Part shown: positions 1 through 6,468 of the stretch, in pieces
Layout: each line of letters begins with the position of its first letter
How positions within the stretch are numbered: position 1 is the first letter of the stretch
Assembly: GCA_038998005.1 (NCBI GenBank)
Contig: JAVZIY010000002.1
Coordinates: forward strand, 1 to 31,995
Source of the DNA: Candidatus Aenigmatarchaeota archaeon
GTDB taxonomy: Archaea > Aenigmatarchaeota > Aenigmatarchaeia > CG10238-14 > SCSR01
Length of the DNA stretch: 31,995 bases
Reading direction: 5' to 3'
Made by a program: the position numbers and the translations under genes
The notes under the pieces: generated by a model
Told to the model about the DNA's origin: nothing
The model's database searches: none
Seen by the model: only the letters and a program-made list of their open reading frames with translations

Positions 1-2135
1 CCAGGATATGTTGCTTTTGGAACACTTATATTAAATCCCTTTAAGCAAAAGCTTCCTTTTTCAATTTCTCCACATTCTTCTAAGCTAGAGTTTGCTTGCC
101 ATCCATTTATAAGCTCTAAGCTTATGTTAACAGAATAAGCAGTTCCATTACCTATATTACTTGCATTAACATTAACTTCAAAGCTATTTCCTTTGTAAAA
201 AGTTACTCCCTCAACTAAAGGATTTTCTGGTTGAATTTTCAAGCTTACATTAGTTTTCCCTGGTTCTGTAGTAAAGGTATCTGTTCCATTTCCAAAATTC
301 CCATTTTTACTTGCATTACATATTAAAGTGTAAGTTCCTTCTTCAGAAGGAGCAGTAAAGTTTACAGAATAAGTTCCATTATTATAGTCAGTTTTATTCT
401 CTACCTCAAAAGAATCATAAGTGCAATTAATTTCTGCTCCTTGTATAAAGGAGTCTTGTCTGTAATTTTTCACGTATATATTGGCTTTTACAATACCACC
501 AATCATAGGCTTTTTATTTTGAATTTCAACAGTAACATTAAGTAAATCAGTTACGTTAAAATTATAAATTGTGAAATTGAGAAATTCATATTTTTCAGAA
601 TAAACTGTAAAGTTAATAGCCCAAATTCCTAGGTAAGCGTCGTTTGTTATGTCAAAAATATTTGAAAAAATTTTATCTCCAGCTTCTTCATCACCATGAG
701 TTCCGTCATCATATAAAATTAAAGTTACATCATCACTTCCAGAAGAAGTTCCCATATCCAAGCTAGCGTTTACATAAGCTGTTAAATTATAAGGATCATC
801 TGTTATGTTTAATTTTATCAAAACACTTTCATTCCTATTGTATATAGTTGCATTCGTTGTTGGCTCTAATGAAACATATAACCTTTCAGGTAAAGATATT
901 GATATTTGGGGAGGGGTTGAATATCTATTAACTATATCTGAAAACTCTGTTGTGCCGCTTGCACCTCCTATTCCAAAATAAACTAGAGATTTTTGATAAA
1001 TCCATGAATTTTGATTTATAAGAGTTTCGTTTAGTTGAACTCCTATTCTTCCTAGCTCAGTATCATTTTCAACAAAGAAATTGTTTGTATTAGTTTCATT
1101 TAAATTCAAAACTCCAACTAAATAGCCTGGAGGGTTCGATGCCCAAACCCATGAATATGGTTCACTCGAGCTCTTTTCTAAATCTGAAATTCCTTGGTAA
1201 AAACTTCTGTTTAAATCAAAAGCCAAGGCTCCTGCTTTTGTGGAATTTCTGTATATCTCATAATTTGCTACATTAGTGAAGTTTTGCTCTATTTTAACAA
1301 AACTTCCATATTCTTCTGGACCAGCTAAGTCATAAAAGTAATATTTCTTTGTCATTTTTCCTTCGTTTGTTTTTTGGTTAGGATTACCAAAAATTATCTC
1401 ATCCCCAACTTGTTTAATAGTTAACCTTATTGGTCCAGGTATAAAATCGATATTATTTAAATAAAATCCCAAGCTTGAGCCGTTTGAATATTCTATATAT
1501 TCTGTAGTTCTATCAATTTCACTTTGTACTAAAAATATTACATCACCTGTAATTCTTTTAACTTTGTAAAGCCCAGAAGTGTTTTCTCCCCTATTTGTAT
1601 CGATATTATAAAATGAGAAAGATGTGTTAACAATTATTTCCTTCCCATCCCAGCTATAACTTAAGTTAGTTGGATAGCTTGGCTTTTCTTTTTTTCCATT
1701 TTCTATTACATCATAATAAACATAAAAAATCCTTTTTTGGTTTGCTTGAGTAGTTCCATTTAGCAAGAAAATTAAAGTTCCGATTGCATTGCTTGAGGAA
1801 TTAAAATCATCACTTTTATCAAACTGGCTTGGAACTTCATAAAGCATATTTCCACTTTCATCATATTCTAATACTCTTGTTGAATTTTCATCAAAAGTTC
1901 CGGAAGGCAAGAAATCTGTAAAATTTATTTCTATTTCAATAGGCCAGTTATTTCTTTCATAAATGCTAGAGTTAATCTCTATTTTAAACCTATACCTCCA
2001 GGAAACATTCCACCATTCAAAATTGCCTTGAGGAGGACCAAAGCCTACAAAAAAGCCTGTTATTCTTAAGGTAAAATAATAAGCTATGACTATAAAAAGA
2101 AGTAAAAATAAACTATAAAAAACAAGCCTTCTCAT
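1..2135 (-). CDS. Partial large secreted/surface glycoprotein (>=711 aa, runs off the left edge; not in the ORF track)
   Basis: I translated most of it by hand from ATG 2135 and saw no stop; the frame at base 1 matches the start codon. It begins MRRLVFYSLFLLLFIVIAYYFTLRITGFFVG (signal/anchor helix), then WWNVSWRYRF (DUF2341-type start motif, 1986..2015), LYDDGTHGDEEAGDKIFS (663..716), Ig-like DYNNGTYSVNFTAPSEEGTYTLICNASK, and NIGNGTAYSVN...ECG...C...VPKATYPG at the edge. Many N-x-S/T sequons. Confidence 0.85.
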   Translation of the reverse strand, partial: MRRLVFYSLFLLLFIVIAYYFTLRITGFFVGFGPPQGNFEWWNVSWRYRFKIEINSSIYERNNWPIEIEINFTDFLPSGTFDENSTRVLEYDESGNMLYEVPSQFDKSDDFNSSSNAIGTLIFLLNGTTQANQKRIFYVYYDVIENGKKEKPSYPTNLSYSWDGKEIIVNTSFSFYNIDTNRGENTSGLYKVKRITGDVIFLVQSEIDRTTEYIEYSNGSSLGFYLNNIDFIPGPIRLTIKQVGDEIIFGNPNQKTNEGKMTKKYYFYDLAGPEEYGSFVKIEQNFTNVANYEIYRNSTKAGALAFDLNRSFYQGISDLEKSSSEPYSWVWASNPPGYLVGVLNLNETNTNNFFVENDTELGRIGVQLNETLINQNSWIYQKSLVYFGIGGASGTTEFSDIVNRYSTPPQISISLPERLYVSLEPTTNATIYNRNESVLIKLNITDDPYNLTAYVNASLDMGTSSGSDDVTLILYDDGTHGDEEAGDKIFSNIFDITNDAYLGIWAINFTVYSEKYEFLNFTIYNFNVTDLLNVTVEIQNKKPMIGGIVKANIYVKNYRQDSFIQGAEINCTYDSFEVENKTDYNNGTYSVNFTAPSEEGTYTLICNASKNGNFGNGTDTFTTEPGKTNVSLKIQPENPLVEGVTFYKGNSFEVNVNASNIGNGTAYSVNISLELINGWQANSSLEECGEIEKGSFCLKGFNISVPKATYP

Positions 2136-2167
2136 AATTTAATATTTTGTCTTTGGGCTTATTTTAC

Positions 2168-2782
2168 TTATTCGACTTTAATTTTTTCCTCAATAGCTTC
2201 AAGAACTTTCTTTATTTCACTATCTTTAAAGAGTAAGAGTATTTTAAAACTTATCTTTTCGCTTTTAACTTCAAAATTTGCATTAAGCATATGAACATAA
2301 ATTTTTTCTATGTAAATTGGGCCAAACTCAAATTCTTCTATTGCTCTATAAGCATTTGTATATAGAGAAGGAGAGTTCCAGCTTATTTCTGCTCCAAAGA
2401 GTTTTACAAGATAAGAGATGTAATAACCTTGTAATACATTAGTAAGCTCAAGTATAACTGGTAAATTTTCCTCATCCAAAGCCTTATAATATCCTATCTC
2501 TTTATGCAACAAAAGCTCAACAAGTTTTAATATATCTTTTAAGGAGCAGGCCAGTAGGATGACAGCATTTATTCTTCCGAAAATTTTTGTTGAAATTAAT
2601 GTAAATGATACTTCCTTTGGGTTAAGTAACCTAGGAACTTGGTTAACCCAAATCCTTCTAACAGAAACTGAAGAAATTTTTACATCTTTTCTAATCATTT
2701 TGCTTAAAGCCTCACAAGTTTCTTTTGTCTTCAAAATCCAAATGTCAGTAACTATCTTTTTTTCTATTTTAGAAAGTTTCAT
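2168..2782 (-). CDS. cheC: CheC/CheX-family response-regulator phosphatase
   Basis: 204 aa with CheC-like layout (ALSKMIRKDV; GRINAVILL; LVELLL). The second site is intact as ELTN-x22-P (E-x2-N-x22-P). It lies 4 nt downstream of the receiver gene. Confidence 0.8.
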   Translation of the reverse strand: MKLSKIEKKIVTDIWILKTKETCEALSKMIRKDVKISSVSVRRIWVNQVPRLLNPKEVSFTLISTKIFGRINAVILLACSLKDILKLVELLLHKEIGYYKALDEENLPVILELTNVLQGYYISYLVKLFGAEISWNSPSLYTNAYRAIEEFEFGPIYIEKIYVHMLNANFEVKSEKISFKILLLFKDSEIKKVLEAIEEKIKVE

Positions 2783-2786
2783 TTTT

Positions 2787-3155
2787 TCACTTTAAAGCTC
2801 TTTTAACCCTTTCAACCAAGTCCTTATTTTCAAAAGGTTTGGTTATATAATCAACAGCTTTAAGCTCTTTAAGTTCTTCTCTTCCTATTTCAGACAGTCT
2901 TACAACTGTGAGGAAAATTACTTTTATATCCTTTGTTTTTGGATTTTCCCTTATCTTTTTAACAGTTTCCTTTCCTGTAATTCCTGGCATCATTATATCC
3001 ATAAGAATCAAATCTGGTTTCACTTCTTTTAGTTTTTCTAAACATTCCTTGCCGCTATAAGCAGAAATTATCTCAAACCCTTCCTTTTCAAGAATAGCCC
3101 TAACAAGTTCTACCATATTTTCTTCATCATCTACTATCATCACTTTTTTTTTCAC
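2787..3155 (-). CDS. Stand-alone receiver-domain response regulator (CheY-like REC)
   Basis: 122 aa with all canonical REC residues: VDDE acidic pocket, LILMD phospho-acceptor followed by MMP, FLT, and YITKPF. GTG start; no output domain. Confidence 0.95.
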   Translation of the reverse strand: MKKKVMIVDDEENMVELVRAILEKEGFEIISAYSGKECLEKLKEVKPDLILMDIMMPGITGKETVKKIRENPKTKDIKVIFLTVVRLSEIGREELKELKAVDYITKPFENKDLVERVKRALK

Positions 3156-3198
3156 AATTTAATTTTCGCTTTTTAAATAAAAATATATATATTAATTA
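3156..3198. promoter_or_regulatory. Probable back-to-back archaeal promoters
   Basis: 43-bp, almost pure A/T spacer between divergent starts. TTTTAAAT (3171..3178) lies about 25 nt before ATG 3199, and TATATATA (3184..3191) about 30 nt before GTG 3155. Low complexity makes this weak evidence. Confidence 0.35.
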
Positions 3199-3447
3199 AT
3201 GGGATTATACGAAGATGTAAAAGCTATTTTAGTAGAGTTTCTCGGAGAGGATGGTGCCAAGATACTACAAAATTTTGATAATCCAAAGCTCTACCCAAAA
3301 GATTTTTTAGAAGAAGTTAGAAATTTTATTTCTGAGTTAGTAGGAGAAGAAAAAGCGGACGAAAAGCTTGAGCCGATATATAAGAAGTATAAATTACTTA
3401 TCGAAAGTGGAAAATTTCATTCTAAAAAACTAAAAAAGAGCATTTGA
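3199..3447 (+). CDS. Small all-helical hypothetical protein
   Basis: 82 aa, ATG start, fills the intergenic gap. Internal two-fold motif LVEFLGEDGAKIL / ISELVGEEKADEKL. Confidence 0.7.
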   Translation: MGLYEDVKAILVEFLGEDGAKILQNFDNPKLYPKDFLEEVRNFISELVGEEKADEKLEPIYKKYKLLIESGKFHSKKLKKSI

Positions 3448-3530
3448 TTAAATTTTCTTTCTCTTTACTAATAAAAAACCTACTTTCTTAGAATAATTGA
3501 TAAAGTAAATAAAAAATTGCCCCCCTCTAA
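3448..3530. terminator. Possible oligo-T terminators between convergent genes
   Basis: TTTTCTTTCTCTTT follows the + strand stop. On the - strand, TTTTTTATTTACTTT (AAAGTAAATAAAAAA on +) follows the 146-aa gene's stop. Archaeal termination uses oligo-T runs, but AT-richness makes chance matches likely. Confidence 0.25.
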
Positions 3531-3971
3531 TTAAATTTTTATTTCCAGAGTAATGATTCTAATTTCCATAAGATCTGATGCTATTTTGTATTCTCCAACT
3601 GAAATTAAAAGCAATCCTAAGAATAAAGAGAAGTAAAAATAAGAAGGATTTAAAAGAATAGATATATCGAGAGAGCTTAAGATAATTGAAAAGCCAAATA
3701 TCAAAAATAAAAGGTTTTTTGGAGTTTTGAAAAAGGATAATGAAGATAGAAAGATGCTTGGAAGTAAGCCTGATAAATAAACAAAGCTTTTTCCTTGAGA
3801 GCATGAAAGTTTTGAATATGCATATCCATTTAAAAAATCGAATGAAAGAACTTCACTTTTACATCCTATAAGCGAGGAAATTCCCAAGTGAGAAATTTCA
3901 TGAGTGAAAACTAGGGTAAAAAATAAAATAGTGTTCAATAAAATCATGCTTAGAATCTCTTTCTTCATCAT
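3531..3971 (-). CDS. Small polytopic membrane protein with HExxH; putative M50/M50B-like zinc metalloprotease
   Basis: HEISH (3888..3902) at the end of the first hydrophobic helix, followed by a beta-loop, VYLSGLL (resembles the M50 'AGP' segment) and a distal SSLD as candidate third ligand. About 4 hydrophobic segments in 146 aa. Confidence 0.6.
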   Translation of the reverse strand: MMKKEILSMILLNTILFFTLVFTHEISHLGISSLIGCKSEVLSFDFLNGYAYSKLSCSQGKSFVYLSGLLPSIFLSSLSFFKTPKNLLFLIFGFSIILSSLDISILLNPSYFYFSLFLGLLLISVGEYKIASDLMEIRIITLEIKI

Positions 3972-4036
3972 TTTTAAGATAACGCTAAAACTTAAATTTC
4001 TTCAAATTTTTAAGCAAAAAATTTAAAAATTTAATT

Positions 4037-4324
4037 ATGAGGAAGATAGAGCTTAATAAAATTCAGGAGTTAACAAAGAAGATATTCGAGGCTTCTTCTG
4101 AGATAAGTTTAGTTCAAGAAGAACTTGAAAATCTTTTATCTTTAATAGACAAAAATTCAATCGAATATCAAAAAGGAAAAATTTCAAAAGAGATGTTTGA
4201 ATCTAATGAGAAAAGATTAAAGAAGGAAAGTGCTTTGAGGATTAAAAAAATAAACAATCTTGTGAGCGGAGCTTTAAAATTTTTGAAGATGATTGAAAAG
4301 GAAATAAGATCTCAAAAAACTTAG
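4037..4324 (+). CDS. Helical-hairpin protein A (CdvA-like/SHOCT-like G-K-I-S turn)
   Basis: 95 aa of heptad-like helices with central EYQKGKISKEMF. Clear paralogue of the next gene, which supports both being real. Confidence 0.85.
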   Translation: MRKIELNKIQELTKKIFEASSEISLVQEELENLLSLIDKNSIEYQKGKISKEMFESNEKRLKKESALRIKKINNLVSGALKFLKMIEKEIRSQKT

Positions 4325-4333
4325 GTCTTAAAA

Positions 4334-4630
4334 ATGGGTGTAATAAAAAGAATAGATTTGAATTCGATTGAGGAGATTTTAAAGAAAATAATAGGAGCTT
4401 CATCTGAGCTCAAGCTTCTTCAAGATGAGATGGAAGATGTTTTTTCTCATTTAAGCGAGAACGAGAAACTCTTTTCAAATGGCAAGATATCAAAGGATGT
4501 TTACAATGAAAATAAAGCAAGACTTAAGAATGAAGCAAATGAGCTTAAGAAAAAATTAAAAGAAAAAATAGCAGAAGCCATAAAAATCTTGGAAAATGGA
4601 AGAAAGATTATAGAAGCAAACAGAATCTAG
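4334..4630 (+). CDS. Helical-hairpin protein B, tandem paralogue of A
   Basis: 98 aa with central LFSNGKISKDVY. Gapless alignment to A gives 35/94 identities by hand count. 9-nt gap to A. Confidence 0.85.
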   Translation: MGVIKRIDLNSIEEILKKIIGASSELKLLQDEMEDVFSHLSENEKLFSNGKISKDVYNENKARLKNEANELKKKLKEKIAEAIKILENGRKIIEANRI

Positions 4631-6468
4631 ACTTTTATTTTTTTTAGTTCACTTAAAATTTTTTTCTTCCTTTCTTCTCCAGTTACTGTTTTCCTCACTT
4701 TCTTCTTCCCCTTCTTTTCAATTTTTTCAACTTCTTTTTTCAACTTCTCTTTTAAATCTTCTTCTTTTTTCTCGACCTTTTTCTCTTTCTTAGATTCCTT
4801 TGGTTTTTCTTCCTTTTCCTCCCCTTCTTCCTCACTCAACTTCTTCCTTATCTCCTCTTTTTTCTCAATTTTCTCCTCACCAGTTTCTATCCTTTCGCTC
4901 TCCTCAATTTTCTCCTCACCTTCTTTTGTTACTTCTTCTCCAACTCCTTTAACCTTTTTAACTTCCTCCTTTCCCACTACTTCAGGTTTAACTATTTCTT
5001 CCAGTTTCTTCCACTCCTCCTTAAGCTTCCTTTCTATTTCTTCCAGTTTCTTCTCATTAGCTCTTTTAACATTTTCATACTCTTCCTTGCTTATTCTCTT
5101 TTCTCTAAATTGCTCTGACAAGGAATCAAGAAATAGTAAAATGTTTTCCCTTTCCCTTTTAAGCTCGATTATAGCTTCAGGGAGTTTTGTTTGGAGTAGA
5201 GGCAAGACTTTATCTATTTCTTCAAGTCTTTTATTTATTTGAATTATTTCTTCCTTCAAGTCATTCAAATCGCTTTTACTCACATAACCCTCAAGTTTTG
5301 TGTTTAAACCGTCTAATCCTTTACTAAGTTCTTTTATACTTTCATCCATCTCATCTTGCTTTGATTTATAAGTTACAAATTCATCCAAGCTCTTGCTCAA
5401 ATCTATGAAAATCTTTTCTGTTTTTGCTCCAACCCTTTCTATGTAGCGAGTAGCTTCATTAATTTCATCAACCCTTTTTTGAACATCTTTTATTAAGGTA
5501 AGAAGATTCTCTATGTTCCCCATAGCTTTAAGCATCTCATAAATTTTATTTACTCTTTCAGCCAAATCTTCAGATTTCTTTTCTAATTTTTCAAGCGTTA
5601 GTTGATGCTTTTCCAAGTTATCATTAAACTCTCTAAATTTTTTAGTTATTTGCTGGGGTTTAATCTCAGAAATTTCATCCTCGATTTTTTCCATCTTGAT
5701 AGAAGCTTCCTTTAGACTTGCATCAGTTTGGAATACCATAGACCTTAGCTCACCAACGCTTTCAGAAATAGTTCTTATACTTTCGTCAGTTGCCTGTTTA
5801 GCTTCTCTTACAGTATCTATCATAACTTTTAGCTTTTCAATTTCAACCATGGCGTCAGTTTTCACTTCTTCCTTTTCTTTTACTTCTTCAGCTTGCTCTG
5901 GTTTGGGAGAATAAACATTTTCCATACCTTCTTGACTTTCATAAGGGGATTCTTCTTCCTTCTTCTCCTCTTTTTTACCAAATATTCTTTGTAAGAAGCC
6001 AACTTTTGGTTTTTCTTCTTTTTTACTTTCCTTAGATTTTTCAACTTTTTCCTCAACTTTTTTTTCTTCCTCTTTTGGTTTTTCCTCAACATTCTCTTCT
6101 TTTTCCTCCTCTTGCTCCTTAGCTAATTCTTCTTGAATCATTTCCCCTACGCTTTTCTCTTCAGAACTTTCAACTTCTTCCTTCTTTTCAACTTTTTCTT
6201 CACTAATTTCTTCAACTTCCTCCTTTCCTTTTTCCTCAACTTTTTTTTCTATAACCTTTTCCTTAATCCCGAGCTTTTTATTTAACTCATTTAATCTTTT
6301 CAAATATTTTTCCTTAAGTTCCTTGTAGCTTTTTTCAGAAATGTTTGCTTTCCTGTATTCATCCTCTAAATACCCTATCATTTCTTTTAAATCTTTTCTC
6401 TCGTTCTCTAAATCTTCCTTCAAATTCTTTTTTACTTTTTTTGCTTTCTTTTTTGCTATCTCAACCAC
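4627..6468 (-). CDS. Long coiled-coil / Glu-Lys-rich cytoplasmic protein
   Basis: 613 aa. The GTG start overlaps the giant gene's stop by 8 nt. It contains E/K low-complexity arms, a central coiled coil (ISESVGELRSMV...), two EYRKANISEKSY / QFREKRISKEEY motifs and an amphipathic GFLQRIFG. No TM helix or signal peptide. Confidence 0.85.
   Translation of the reverse strand: MVEIAKKKAKKVKKNLKEDLENERKDLKEMIGYLEDEYRKANISEKSYKELKEKYLKRLNELNKKLGIKEKVIEKKVEEKGKEEVEEISEEKVEKKEEVESSEEKSVGEMIQEELAKEQEEEKEENVEEKPKEEEKKVEEKVEKSKESKKEEKPKVGFLQRIFGKKEEKKEEESPYESQEGMENVYSPKPEQAEEVKEKEEVKTDAMVEIEKLKVMIDTVREAKQATDESIRTISESVGELRSMVFQTDASLKEASIKMEKIEDEISEIKPQQITKKFREFNDNLEKHQLTLEKLEKKSEDLAERVNKIYEMLKAMGNIENLLTLIKDVQKRVDEINEATRYIERVGAKTEKIFIDLSKSLDEFVTYKSKQDEMDESIKELSKGLDGLNTKLEGYVSKSDLNDLKEEIIQINKRLEEIDKVLPLLQTKLPEAIIELKRERENILLFLDSLSEQFREKRISKEEYENVKRANEKKLEEIERKLKEEWKKLEEIVKPEVVGKEEVKKVKGVGEEVTKEGEEKIEESERIETGEEKIEKKEEIRKKLSEEEGEEKEEKPKESKKEKKVEKKEEDLKEKLKKEVEKIEKKGKKKVRKTVTGEERKKKILSELKKIKV

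Noticed and set aside
2559-2795. 78-aa + strand ORF
   Set aside because: Antisense shadow of cheC; no motif.
2787-3155. Calling the receiver cheY of a chemotaxis operon
   Set aside because: No cheA, cheW, cheB, cheR, MCP or archaellum genes in the window; the sequence fits a generic stand-alone REC equally well.
3559-3804. 81-aa - strand ORF
   Set aside because: Alternative frame inside the HExxH membrane gene; no recognisable features.
4004-4024. Inverted repeat AAATTTTT-N5-AAAAATTT in a divergent intergenic region
   Set aside because: Composed only of A/T in a very AT-rich spacer; expected by chance.
5696-6092. 72-aa (+) and 70-aa K/R-rich (-) ORFs
   Set aside because: Shadows of the E/K-rich 613-aa gene; the poly-Lys/Arg content is the shifted reading of GAA/AAA codons.
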